NCBI GenBank assembly: GCA_039028615.1
Contig: JBCCHT010000003.1
Coordinates: 384,001-448,000, forward strand
Direction: 5' to 3'
DNA length: 64,000 nucleotides
DNA from: Myxococcota bacterium
Lineage (GTDB): Bacteria > Myxococcota_A > Polyangia > Nannocystales > Nannocystaceae
The notes beneath the pieces were generated by a model. That model was not told the origin of the DNA. It saw nothing but the letters and a program-made list of their open reading frames with translations, and made no database searches. The position numbers and the translations under genes were made by a program. The number at the start of each line of letters is the position of its first letter. Within the stretch, counting starts at the first letter, position 1. Below, piece after piece: positions 47,726-57,516 of the stretch.

Positions 47726-49837
47726 TCAGTCCTTGGCGATGGTGGAGAGCATGCCCTGGCCCGGAGGGGCGGCCATCAGCTCCATCATTTGTTCGTCGGA
47801 CAGGCCCTCGACGACGTCGGGGCGACCGCCGTCTTCGGGGGCGATCAGCCGGATCGGGTACCGCAGCACGTAGACCTTGTCGTCGAGCTCGCCCGCGGGG
47901 ATGTCGAGGGCCCACGCGGCCTCGCGCAGGCAGCTGGTGAGTTTTTCGTCGGGCGCCTCGTACTCGGCCCCCTGCAGCTCGGCGAGCATGACTTCACCCT
48001 TGGCGACCTCCATCTGCATGGTGGCGCGACCGGCCTGGCCGGGGTCGCGGCGCAGCGCGTGGTTGTAGCAGACGCGTGCGCGCGGCAAGACGCGGGTGGT
48101 GAGGTAGTGGCGGAAGATCTTGCGATCGAGGTAGCCCTTGCGCTGGATGCCCCCGCGACCGGCCTGGGCGATGCCCTGCCGAGCCGTGCGTTCATCCTCG
48201 AACTCGTACCAAGGGGGGCGCACGAAGCCTTCGGCGGCGGCTTCATCGGGCGGACCTCCGACCATGGCGGCCAGAGCCTGAGGCAATCGCTCTTGTTCGT
48301 CGGCCCGCATGCGCTTGAGGACGTCGTCGCCCGCGAAGCTGCCGGTCACCTCGAGGGCGGCAGCCGGCTTGCCCACGTAGTGGCCCGTGAGCAAGGCGAA
48401 GTTGCCCGCCACCAGGCCGCGGGGCGGCGGCTGATCGAGGACCATGTTCTCGGGGAGCTCGAGCCCGAGCTCGCCGAGCACCCGCGGTGCGGCGAGGAGG
48501 CTGGCGTCGGCCCGCCCCTCGAGCTGACCCACCGTCTCGAGGCTGATGCGAGCCCCGAGCGCAGCGGCGATGCGGGCGATGGGGTGGCTGGGGTCGAGGC
48601 CCGAGCGCACCAGCATGGGGTCGTCGACGACGAACAGCACCTCGGGACGACGACCGCGACGCCCGACCGCCTTGTCGAAGGCCCGCCGGACCTTCTCGGG
48701 CTCGAGGCTGATCGGGAGCATGCCGTCGGTGACGATCACGATCATCGGTCGCTTGGCGCCGAAGTCTTTGGCCCGATCGACGGCGCTGACGAGGGTGGCG
48801 ACCAGGTCGGTGCCCGGACCTCGCTCGTTGGCGTCGAGGGCGAGCCGGAGCTCGCTGCGGGCCTTGGAATCTCCGACCTTGGGCGCTTTGGAGCGCTCGC
48901 CGACCAGCGGCACGACGCGCCGGGCGAAACCGAGGCCATCGAAGGTGGTGGAGGCGGGCAGGTCGTCGAGCAGACCCTCGAACATGCGATGGGTCTGGCT
49001 CTGCAGCATGGAGCTGGTGGACAGCGAGCGATCGACGGCGAGCACGACGTGATCGGGGCGCGGCGGCTTGGCCTGGCCCAGGCGCAGGTAGACGCGGAAC
49101 TCGCCGTCGTCGAAGCCGGGCGGCCCGGGGGTGATCTCGTAGCGGCCCTCGAGCACCGACTTGCGGGCGAGATGAGCGGGCCACTTCACCGTGACGCCGC
49201 TATGGCCTCGCGTGACGATGTAGGGCTTGCCGCGGTTGCTGGTGTCGTCGACCCAGAACGGCTCGTTCTTGCGGAGGCCCTTCACCAAGACCCGGCGATC
49301 GGGCACGAGGTTGATCTGGTCGTGGCCGCGGGCGGGGAGGTCGAGCTCCCAGTTGTTGCCGCGCATGCGCGGGTACACGGCGACGGTGAGCTCGACCTGG
49401 ATGGTGGTGCTGGGCTCGAGGCCGAACGCGATGACCTCGGCCGCGGGCAGGCCCCCGCGCTCGGGCGGCGGCAGGGGCCGGGCGAACACGGCCCCCGGAT
49501 CGCGGCGGGCGGGCTCGTTCTCGATGAGGGTGGCGGCACCGTCGGTCCACTTGCCGTTGCGGGCGACCCGGATGCCCCGCAGCTGAGCCGTGGGCGGCAG
49601 GCCCAGGCTGGCCACGGCGTCGCGCGGGGTGGCGCTGGCGTTGTGCAGCGCGGTGCGAATGCGAAGGTTCACCGCGTAGCCATCGGCCGCGTCGATGATG
49701 GCTTCGTAGCTCAGCTCTTCGACCGCGATGTAGCCCGATTCCCCGTCGTTTCGCTCTGCGCTCAGCTGATCGGCGTGGGCGATGCAGGGGATCGAGAGCC
49801 CCAATGCCAAACCAAATAGTCGAGTGAGGGCCCGCAC
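47726..49837 (-). CDS. Secreted VIT-like/vWA protein with AgmX/PglI-type C-terminal domain
   Basis: Signal peptide ending AHA; MIDAS DRSLS and VTDG; C-terminal CYNHALRRDP..AG. Confidence 0.75.
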   Translation of the reverse strand: MRALTRLFGLALGLSIPCIAHADQLSAERNDGESGYIAVEELSYEAIIDAADGYAVNLRIRTALHNASATPRDAVASLGLPPTAQLRGIRVARNGKWTDGAATLIENEPARRDPGAVFARPLPPPERGGLPAAEVIAFGLEPSTTIQVELTVAVYPRMRGNNWELDLPARGHDQINLVPDRRVLVKGLRKNEPFWVDDTSNRGKPYIVTRGHSGVTVKWPAHLARKSVLEGRYEITPGPPGFDDGEFRVYLRLGQAKPPRPDHVVLAVDRSLSTSSMLQSQTHRMFEGLLDDLPASTTFDGLGFARRVVPLVGERSKAPKVGDSKARSELRLALDANERGPGTDLVATLVSAVDRAKDFGAKRPMIVIVTDGMLPISLEPEKVRRAFDKAVGRRGRRPEVLFVVDDPMLVRSGLDPSHPIARIAAALGARISLETVGQLEGRADASLLAAPRVLGELGLELPENMVLDQPPPRGLVAGNFALLTGHYVGKPAAALEVTGSFAGDDVLKRMRADEQERLPQALAAMVGGPPDEAAAEGFVRPPWYEFEDERTARQGIAQAGRGGIQRKGYLDRKIFRHYLTTRVLPRARVCYNHALRRDPGQAGRATMQMEVAKGEVMLAELQGAEYEAPDEKLTSCLREAAWALDIPAGELDDKVYVLRYPIRLIAPEDGGRPDVVEGLSDEQMMELMAAPPGQGMLSTIAKD

Positions 49838-50012
49838 GTTAGTCACCGTAGCCCATATCGAGGAGCGTCGCCTGCGACCTCCCGAGTTCGTCCTTCGCAT
49901 GCTCTAGCTCACGGACCCCGATGGCGCGTGTTCCCAGGTTCGCGCCTGAGCGCCGCGAGCGCTGATCTTCGCTGCGCTGGCCGTGGTGGTGTCGCACGGC
50001 CGCCTTTCGGTT

Positions 50013-50870
50013 TCACGAGCGAGGCTTGCTGCACAGCACGACCTGCGACTGCACGGCGGGTCCCAGCGAGACGCCCTCGAAGTCCCCGGTGTGGTCGAGC
50101 AGGTGCAGGCCGGCCGCGTGCACGAGCAGGCCGATTTCCTGCGGGAAGATCTGGCGGTGCGCCAGGTGCACGAGCTTGCGGGGCTTTTCCGGGGGCACGA
50201 AGCGGCGGCCCTTGGGCGGAGCGTCGTCGTAGTAGAGGCGAATGTGGCAGATCTGGGTCCGCGTGTCGTAGCGGTGGTTGGTGGAGTACACCAGCGTCTC
50301 GCCCGTGCTCGGGTGCTCGAAGCGGGTCACCGCGTGGCGCTTGTCCGGGTCCCAGCGCAGCCACTCCAGATCGGGCAGCTCCACGTCGAACGCGAACACA
50401 CCCCCGGGCACCAGCACTCGCGCGACCTCCTGGAAGCAGCGCAGCAGGTCTTCCCACGTGTACAGGTGCATCAGCGCGTTGAAGGGCGAGATGACGAGCT
50501 GACTCGACGCGTCGGGCAGCGGCAGCTCCCGCATGTCGCCTTCGACCACTTGCACCTGCTCGCTCAGCGAGTCCTCGGCCAGCCGCCGCTGCAGCATGGC
50601 CAGCATGGTGTCCTTGCGGTCGACGGCGATGACCCGGTGCCCGTCTACGGCCAGGGGACGGGTGATCCGCCCCGAGCCCGCGCCCAGCTCCACGATGGGC
50701 AGGCTCGGCTCGCGCTCATTGGCCAGCTGCCGGTACCAGTCGACGTCGTGCTCGCGATCCTCGTACTCGCTGTCGTACAGCTCGACGTCTTCGTAGTGAT
50801 CGTCGGTGCCGGCCTCGAGCAGACGCAGCCGCTCCGCCTCGCGTCGCGTGTTCCGTTGGCGCCGTGCCAC
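50013..50870 (-). CDS. Class I SAM-dependent methyltransferase
   Basis: VELGAGSGR, GDMR, PFN, L.PGG.FAFD. Confidence 0.9.
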   Translation of the reverse strand: MARRQRNTRREAERLRLLEAGTDDHYEDVELYDSEYEDREHDVDWYRQLANEREPSLPIVELGAGSGRITRPLAVDGHRVIAVDRKDTMLAMLQRRLAEDSLSEQVQVVEGDMRELPLPDASSQLVISPFNALMHLYTWEDLLRCFQEVARVLVPGGVFAFDVELPDLEWLRWDPDKRHAVTRFEHPSTGETLVYSTNHRYDTRTQICHIRLYYDDAPPKGRRFVPPEKPRKLVHLAHRQIFPQEIGLLVHAAGLHLLDHTGDFEGVSLGPAVQSQVVLCSKPRS

Positions 50871-50894
50871 CCGTCGCTCCCGAGGCCCTCGATC

Positions 50895-52256
50895 CTATCC
50901 GTCGCGGGGTGGGGATGCCGAGCGCTCGCCCGCGGGCTTCTTGCGACGTCCGCCTCGACGTCGTCGCGTCCGCTTGCGACCGCCCTCACCTTGATCGCGG
51001 GCCTTGGCGGCCTGCTCTTGTTGGGCCTGGGCCAGCGCCGTCCATCGCGACAGCTCGCTGGTGTCTCCGCCCGAGGCCTCCACCGAGATGCCCAAGAAGA
51101 TCAGTGCATCGTGGAAGTACTGCCGCTGGCCGATGGCGCTGCGACGGCGTCGTCGCGGTCGCGTATCGGTCATGCGGTGGTGGGCCATGAGGATTTGTCG
51201 GGCCAGCTCGCGGTCGCGTCGGGCAACCCCGAAGGCGGAGCCGACGGGGGTCATCGCGTCTTCGATGGCGCGATCGAGAGCCTGGCGGTTGCCATCGCGC
51301 ATCTGCTCGAACAGCAGTGGTGCAAACAAGACCGCCTGCAGCACGCCGTTGACCACCTCGGCCCGGGTCACCCGGATGTAGTCGTCGAGCGCGTCGAGGT
51401 GACGCCACAACAGGGCGCCGGGCCGGGTGTCGCGGGGCGGCGCCTCTTCGCCCTCTTCGGCCTCCTGGGGCACGAGCCCGGCCGTCAGTGCGGAGAGTCC
51501 CTCGTCGTGGGCACCGTACTGAGCCGTGTACATCGGCATGATCCGGTGCAGCAGCCCGGCCTCGAGCAGCAACTCGAAGCAGCGCCGTGACGCGCCGCTG
51601 CGCAGCAATTTGTAGATTTCCTCCAGCAACCGAGCCCGGCTGCTGCGGGTGATGTCGGGCGCGACGTCGAGCAGTGCCTTCCAGGTGGCGTCCTCGATAC
51701 GGAAGTCGAGCCGAGCGGCGAACTTGATGGCCCGGATCATGCGCACCGGGTCCTCGCGGAAGCGCAGCTCCGGGTCGCCGATCGTGCGCACGACGGCCCG
51801 GTCGAGGTCGTCCATGCCGTCGACGAAGTCGACGATCTTGCGCGTCTCGATGTCGTAGAACAGGCCGTTGATCGTGAAATCTCGCCGTCGAGCGTCATCC
51901 TCGACGCTGCCCCACTCGTTGTCGTGGGTGATCAGCGGATCGTCGGCGTCCTGCTCGGGCGCGGTGCGGAACGTGCTGGTCTCGATGATCTTCGAGCCGA
52001 AGAACACGTGGGCGAGCTTGAAGCGGCGACCGATGACCCGACTGTTCCGAAACAGCTTGCGGATGAGTTCTGGAGTCGCGCTGGTGGCGACGTCGAAGTC
52101 TTTGGGCCGGTGACCGAGATACAAATCGCGAACGCAGCCACCCACCAGGTAGGCCTCGTGCTCGGCGGTCAGCAGCCTACGGACCACCTTCATCGCATCG
52201 GGGTCGATGTGCCCGAAGATCTGATCCGTGCCGGTCGATGGCTTGTCGTCGCTCAT
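50895..52256 (-). CDS. pcnB: Poly(A) polymerase I
   Basis: LVGGCVRD, KDFDV, PAP-specific VIGRRFKLAHV, RRDFTIN, EDPVRMIRA; Arg-rich tail. Confidence 0.92.
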   Translation of the reverse strand: MSDDKPSTGTDQIFGHIDPDAMKVVRRLLTAEHEAYLVGGCVRDLYLGHRPKDFDVATSATPELIRKLFRNSRVIGRRFKLAHVFFGSKIIETSTFRTAPEQDADDPLITHDNEWGSVEDDARRRDFTINGLFYDIETRKIVDFVDGMDDLDRAVVRTIGDPELRFREDPVRMIRAIKFAARLDFRIEDATWKALLDVAPDITRSSRARLLEEIYKLLRSGASRRCFELLLEAGLLHRIMPMYTAQYGAHDEGLSALTAGLVPQEAEEGEEAPPRDTRPGALLWRHLDALDDYIRVTRAEVVNGVLQAVLFAPLLFEQMRDGNRQALDRAIEDAMTPVGSAFGVARRDRELARQILMAHHRMTDTRPRRRRRSAIGQRQYFHDALIFLGISVEASGGDTSELSRWTALAQAQQEQAAKARDQGEGGRKRTRRRRGGRRKKPAGERSASPPRDG

Positions 52257-52385
52257 GCGCGCGCTGGCCCCTGTACCATAGATGGCCACCAGACTCGAAA
52301 GTACCGTGATTTCAAGCGGGTAAGCCGAGCTTTGTCGTACGGATCCGCGCACCGCACACGAACCTTGATCTCGAGGCCTGGGATG

Positions 52386-52402
52386 CTATTCATATGTACA
52401 GG
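52386..52402 (+). promoter_or_regulatory. Putative LexA (SOS) box
   Basis: CTATTCATATGTACAGG: one mismatch to CTGT-N8-ACAG and 14/17 match to the M. xanthus consensus CTRHAMRYBYGTTCAGS as I recall it; AT-rich island just before the ATG. Confidence 0.55.
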
Positions 52403-52410
52403 TAATTTCG

Positions 52411-53268
52411 ATGAGCACTGGGTTCCGCTGCATTCACGCATTCGACGCCTGTCATGGGCTGGCGGTGGTGATCGCGCGGGGTACGTCCCAGGCGCCTCAG
52501 GTCGACGAAGACGTGGGTTTGGCCCTCGGGGCCTGCCTCGGCGAGCGTGAAGCCCGCGGCCAACCCGCCCACACCGTCATCCTGCGGCTCACCGAGCGCG
52601 ACGATGCCGCGTGGGCCCGTCCGGCCGTCGAGTGGCTGGCCGAGCGAGGGCGTCGGGTCCTCGTGCGCAGCTCCGTCGTGCTCGGGCGTGATCTCATCCA
52701 GTCGATCCGTCGCTGGGGCGTCACCGTCGTGCTCGAGCTGGCGCATCCCCGGGCCTCGCACCAGCGCGCGCTGGTCGGCCCCACCGCCGAGACGGCCTCC
52801 GCCTTGTTGCTGCACGCCCAGCACCTGCGCAGCCTCGACATCGAGGTCGCGGCGCACCTGGGTCCGCTGCTGCCCGTCGTGCACGATCACGAGGGTGAGC
52901 TGCAGGCGCTGGCCCGGCACATCGCCGCCGCCGACATCCGCGACGTGCACCTGTCCGCCGGGCGGCTGACGCCCGCACGGGGTCGCAGCTTGGTCAAGGT
53001 CATGGAGCACGGGCGGTCGAGCGCGTTGCTGCTCGCCTTCGGGCGAGATCCCCGGCCCGACGATCCCTGGTCCGAGCTGCCGCCCAAGGGGGCGAGGCTC
53101 GCTCCGCTCGCGGCGGCCACCCTTCGGCACGGCGTGCGGCGCATGGTCGAGCACGCTGGGCTGCGGGTCGATCACTGCGGCTGTCCGGCGCAGTGCCACC
53201 TCGACCCCGAGCTCACGCCGAACTTCGTGCCGCTGCTCACCTCCGATTTGTTCGAGCACACCGCCTGA
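52411..53268 (+). CDS. Degenerate radical SAM protein, spore-photoproduct-lyase-like
   Basis: N-terminal CIHAFDAC (CxxxCxxC remnant); LGPLLP..HD core like the SPL/Rv2578c-type family; C-terminal HCGCPAQCH. Confidence 0.55.
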   Translation: MSTGFRCIHAFDACHGLAVVIARGTSQAPQVDEDVGLALGACLGEREARGQPAHTVILRLTERDDAAWARPAVEWLAERGRRVLVRSSVVLGRDLIQSIRRWGVTVVLELAHPRASHQRALVGPTAETASALLLHAQHLRSLDIEVAAHLGPLLPVVHDHEGELQALARHIAAADIRDVHLSAGRLTPARGRSLVKVMEHGRSSALLLAFGRDPRPDDPWSELPPKGARLAPLAAATLRHGVRRMVEHAGLRVDHCGCPAQCHLDPELTPNFVPLLTSDLFEHTA

Positions 53269-53275
53269 GCGGGGC

Positions 53276-55858
53276 TCACTCGGTCGGTGCCGCGGGGCGC
53301 TCGAGCCAGATCAGCGGCTCGGTGACGCCCTCGAACGCCGCGTGATCCTTGCGCCCGTCGTGGCCGAGGTAGTCCACGGTGTAGTCGAAGCGCCGCGGGT
53401 CACCCTCGTGCAGGCCGACCTTCCACTCGAACGAGTCGTTCGTGGGCACGGGCCCGCCCTCGTGCAGGTTGATGGGTCCGCTCGTCTCGATGCGGCCGTC
53501 CGCGTGCGTATAGGTGATGTGCACCGTGGCCACCTTCACGTCGGCCGCGAAGTCGACCCCGAAGGGCTGGATGTACACCGACCACGATTGGGTGGGGGCC
53601 GCCGGTTGTTCGGGGGGGGTCGATGTCACCGTGTCGGTCGGCTCGGGGACGTGGAGCGTGGCGGTGTTGCCCGGCACCTCGAGCGTGGCCGTCGAGACCA
53701 CGCGCAGGGTCCAGGTCTGCCCCGCGGCCCGGCGCTCCTCGATCTTCTGCTCGGTCGCGGCGCGGTCGAGACCTTCGGCTAGCGGCTGCCCCTGCGCATC
53801 GAGCAGGTCGTAGGTCGAGTCGGGGCGCTCCGACAGCAGCGCGCGGATCGACGTGGTGAAGCTCGAGTTGGTGGTGCGCTGCGGGAGCCCGGTGAGGTCG
53901 GAGTACTCGCTCCTCCACTCGAGCACATAGGGCGCGTCGCGGGTGGGATCGAGGCTGAGGTCCCACAGGTCGGTGAGGGCCAGCGAGAGCTTCGATGTCC
54001 ACTCCTGGGTGCCACGCTCGAGACGCCCACTGGGAGGGTCGGCGGAGGTGGCCTCGAGCTCGACGTGTGTGGAATCGTACTCGGCCACGGCCGCGGCGTC
54101 GGCGGCCAGGTTGGTCGCCCGCACGGTCACGCGGCGGGTGGTCCGGCTCGAGGAGGCCTTGTGGTGAATGGCGGCGAGCCAGCCGTCCTCGGGCGCTTCG
54201 ACCTCGACCTCGCCGAGCTCGACATAGACCGCATTCCACTCGTTCGCACCGTCGACCGGGGCGACCTCGAACTCCACCGCTTGCTGGGGCTCGAGCCGAG
54301 AGGGCAGGGCGTCGACCGGCTTGCCGCTGCGCACGTTGGTGGGCACGCCCGCGTCCCCGACTTGATCGGCGAGATGGATGGTGACCGGGGACAACGTCAC
54401 GGCTCGGTCGATGCGGTTGCGCAGCACGAAGCGGCGGGGAACGCCTTCGGTCGCCTCCTCGGACGGCTCGACCGCGATCACGTCGTCGGCGTGCAGATGC
54501 TCGAGTCGCAGGGCGACCGGCACGCTGGCATCCATGCCTTCGTTGTCCTCGAGGATGTCCACGAACACCCGGCCGTGCGCCCCACCTCCGGCCGCCGAGA
54601 GCGTCTCCATGTTCGGGGCCCAGTGCTCGGACCCGAACGAGAACGCCAGGCCGAACGAGGCATCGAGCCCGACCGTCTTGTCCGTGGGCGACTCGGCGCC
54701 CTTGAGACCCACGTCGAGCTGGAGCGTGCCCGTGACGGCCGGCGACACCAGGATCGCGAAGTCCTCGTTCTCCTGCGCTTGAATGACCTGGCGCAGCGCC
54801 TCGCGTCGTTCGGAGTCGACATGGGGCGAGACGGACACGGTGATGTCCACCAGCGGATTGCCGGCCTCGTCTTCGTGCACATAGGGCTCGAGCGCCGGGC
54901 TCGCGCTCGCTTCGTCGAAGCTCATGCGGAAGTCGGTGGGCAGGTGCTCGTAGGTCGACTCGTAGCCCGTGAATCGGTAGTAGGTCACACGCCCCTCGCC
55001 GAGCTGGGCCAGCCGCCAGGTCGAGGGCCCGTCTTGCCAGAACGGATGATCGGCCAAGGGGTAGACCAGGGGCTTGCTCGCCGTCTGCGTGAACGAGTAG
55101 TGCGTCGGCTCGGCCGTCGAGGTCGAGGTCGAGGTCGAGTTGGTGGAAACCGTGGGCTGGATCCTCGAGGCGAGGTCGGACGTGGAGAGTTCTCGCAGGG
55201 AATCTCTCGTGCGCGACACCCGGAGGGCGTTGGTCGATGATGCCGCGCCGACCCGAGAATCGATGGTCGGGCGCGAGGTCCGGTCGGCGTCGCTGCGCTC
55301 GGTGTTCTCGGGCAGGTAGCGAGCTTCGTGCGTCCAGCGAAACTCGATCTGCGTGGAGGGGTCGTTCATGATCGCGCCCCGGATGAACTCCCGCTCCACG
55401 TCGTCGGGGAACTCGTACGAGAGCGTCAGCCGGTAGCGGCCGTCGTCTTCTCGGCGCCACCACACCGTCATCGTTCGCGTGCGGCCGGTCGACAGCGCCA
55501 GCCGGGCCTCGATTTCCTCGTCGGTGAGCGGCAGCGGCTCGCCCAGGCCCAGCGCCGGCTCGAAGTCCATCGTGACCGCCCCCTTGGTGAAGCGGGCGCT
55601 CGCTTCCGCCTGTTCGACCCAGTGAAGGATCGAGACCCAGCCCTTGCCGCTGGTGTCCGTGCTCGCCCCGTTGCTCTCCGCTTGGGGGCGCGTCCCTTCT
55701 TCGAAGATCGGCAGGTCGCTCTCGGCCAGCGTCTCGATCACCCGAGGCAGCGCGTCGGAGATGCGCCGAAACAGCTCCGGTTTCCGGCTCGCCGCCCGGG
55801 CCAACGACTCCAGAACTTCGGGGGGGATCCGTTCGAGAGTTCGGTCGTTGGCTGGCAC
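53276..55858 (-). CDS. Large hypothetical protein (860 aa), beta-rich
   Basis: Long ORF with host-like codon use; no signal peptide or family recognised. Confidence 0.8.
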   Translation of the reverse strand: MPANDRTLERIPPEVLESLARAASRKPELFRRISDALPRVIETLAESDLPIFEEGTRPQAESNGASTDTSGKGWVSILHWVEQAEASARFTKGAVTMDFEPALGLGEPLPLTDEEIEARLALSTGRTRTMTVWWRREDDGRYRLTLSYEFPDDVEREFIRGAIMNDPSTQIEFRWTHEARYLPENTERSDADRTSRPTIDSRVGAASSTNALRVSRTRDSLRELSTSDLASRIQPTVSTNSTSTSTSTAEPTHYSFTQTASKPLVYPLADHPFWQDGPSTWRLAQLGEGRVTYYRFTGYESTYEHLPTDFRMSFDEASASPALEPYVHEDEAGNPLVDITVSVSPHVDSERREALRQVIQAQENEDFAILVSPAVTGTLQLDVGLKGAESPTDKTVGLDASFGLAFSFGSEHWAPNMETLSAAGGGAHGRVFVDILEDNEGMDASVPVALRLEHLHADDVIAVEPSEEATEGVPRRFVLRNRIDRAVTLSPVTIHLADQVGDAGVPTNVRSGKPVDALPSRLEPQQAVEFEVAPVDGANEWNAVYVELGEVEVEAPEDGWLAAIHHKASSSRTTRRVTVRATNLAADAAAVAEYDSTHVELEATSADPPSGRLERGTQEWTSKLSLALTDLWDLSLDPTRDAPYVLEWRSEYSDLTGLPQRTTNSSFTTSIRALLSERPDSTYDLLDAQGQPLAEGLDRAATEQKIEERRAAGQTWTLRVVSTATLEVPGNTATLHVPEPTDTVTSTPPEQPAAPTQSWSVYIQPFGVDFAADVKVATVHITYTHADGRIETSGPINLHEGGPVPTNDSFEWKVGLHEGDPRRFDYTVDYLGHDGRKDHAAFEGVTEPLIWLERPAAPTE

Positions 55859-56034
55859 GAACGAACCCTACCGTCCTTCGTCGTCGAGATGAATTCGGGT
55901 GTCCCTGGTCAGGACGTCGCGGGCGCTCCAACCGGCGCTGGCGTGCCGAATCGTCGCGTCCCCCTCGGTCGAGGGGTGGGCGGCATTGCGGTCGCTCCCC
56001 ATAGTGATCCGGTTTCGACAAGGAGTACGCCGAT

Positions 56035-57006
56035 ATGGCGAAAAACGTGAAGGCCCTCAACCAGGGCAATACCAATGGCTGTGGTTCGACCACCTTGGCC
56101 ATGATTCTCAACGCATTCGGAAAGACCACGAGTTCGGGTGCAGCCTTCGATCGCGCGGCGATCGACGAGCACATTCGCAAGGCCGACATCTTCACCTCAC
56201 CGCGGGGGATGAAGGCGCTGGCCGAGGATTTCGGGCTCGCGGCCAGGGCTGTCAACGGGGCCGACTTCGACCTCCTTCACGAGGTCACGAGCAAGAGCTA
56301 CGTCTGTCAGCTGCTGATCCTGAGCATCAAGGGCACACCGACACCCGCCGACCGCACGGGCAAGTACGTACACTTCGTCGTCGCCGATTGGGCCTGGCAG
56401 GGGCGGCGTGACGCGCTGAGCGGCAACCAGTTCCCCGACGAGCCCCACTCCACCTACGCCCCTTCGGACGTCGGACGCTGGGTGCGGATCAAGGACCCCG
56501 ACGGCGGTGTCGCCTACGTCATCCGCTACGAGGACTTGGTCGAGCGCTGCTGGTCCAACATCGGGTTTCAGCTGCTGCCCACCGGGATCGACAACTTCGC
56601 GATCATCTATGCCGACGGCGGCACGGACATCGAGCTGAACTCCTCGTACTGCACCTTCGACGCCAGCGCGACGCTGGTGACCATCGAGGCGAGCTCGGAC
56701 TTGGTCAACGCCTTGGTGCTCACGGCCGAGCTCGATCCCACCGGGGTGCCCAAGGTGATCACGGGAGCGTTGCGCACCATCCTCGGCGGCGCGGCCTACA
56801 TCACCAAGTACCCCGGCATGGTGCTGTCCGACGTCACCGCGGAGCAGGTGGAGACGGGGCTGCGCTTGCTCAAGGACGACCCGAACATCCTGGTGAAGGC
56901 CGGCGGCGGGCTGCTCTTCGTCGGCTCGGGCGTGCTGTGGCTCGCCGCGCAGCCCTTCAAGGTGGTGGGAGACGCCATCGGTTGGTTCGTGGGGCTATTC
57001 GACTGA
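56035..57006 (+). CDS. Papain-like/C39-type cysteine peptidase domain protein with hydrophobic C-terminus
   Basis: AAGGAG SD; NQ...GCG.TTLAMIL, HFVV, IKDP triad pattern. Confidence 0.65.
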   Translation: MAKNVKALNQGNTNGCGSTTLAMILNAFGKTTSSGAAFDRAAIDEHIRKADIFTSPRGMKALAEDFGLAARAVNGADFDLLHEVTSKSYVCQLLILSIKGTPTPADRTGKYVHFVVADWAWQGRRDALSGNQFPDEPHSTYAPSDVGRWVRIKDPDGGVAYVIRYEDLVERCWSNIGFQLLPTGIDNFAIIYADGGTDIELNSSYCTFDASATLVTIEASSDLVNALVLTAELDPTGVPKVITGALRTILGGAAYITKYPGMVLSDVTAEQVETGLRLLKDDPNILVKAGGGLLFVGSGVLWLAAQPFKVVGDAIGWFVGLFD

Positions 57007-57034
57007 GGCCTCCGTTCGGGCGATCCTCTCGCTC

Positions 57035-57457
57035 GTGAAGGTCTCGCCCAACGCCCCGTGCCCCTGTGGCCGCGACGCCAAGCTCAAGCGCTGCTGCGGC
57101 CCCTACATCGCGGGGCGGCCGGTACCGCATCCCGAGCTGCTGGTACGGGCGCGCTTCACCGCCTACGCGACGGGCAAGGTCCGCTTCATCATGGACACCA
57201 CCCACCCCGATGCGCCCCATCGGCCCGAGGACCAGGCGGCGTGGCGTACCGAGCTGCGCGATCATTGCCGCCAGGTTCGGTTCGAGCGCCTCACCATCCA
57301 TGAGAGCGAGGTGCACGAGGCGGAGGATCGAGCCGAGGTCTCGTTCACGGTGGAGATGAGTCGCGACGGCGAGCCGGTGGGATTCTTCGAGCGCAGCCGC
57401 TTCCTGCGGGACGGCAATCGTTGGCGCTACGTCAGCGGCGACCTCGAGTCGACCTGA
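57035..57457 (+). CDS. ychJ: YchJ family protein (SEC-C motif plus NTF2-like domain)
   Basis: PCPCG...CC, RARFTAY, THP, ERSRF...WRYVSG. Confidence 0.88.
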   Translation: MKVSPNAPCPCGRDAKLKRCCGPYIAGRPVPHPELLVRARFTAYATGKVRFIMDTTHPDAPHRPEDQAAWRTELRDHCRQVRFERLTIHESEVHEAEDRAEVSFTVEMSRDGEPVGFFERSRFLRDGNRWRYVSGDLEST

Positions 57458-57516
57458 GCGCGCGCGGCCGACGATTGCCCTTGACGGGTGCGCGCCCCCG
57501 ATGCCCTGATGCCCGC

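Noticed and set aside
53400..56255. 951-aa ORF and similar long Arg/Pro/Ala-rich ORFs (e.g. 7467-9662, 47789-49819)
   Set aside because: Alternative-frame or antisense artefacts overlapping better supported genes
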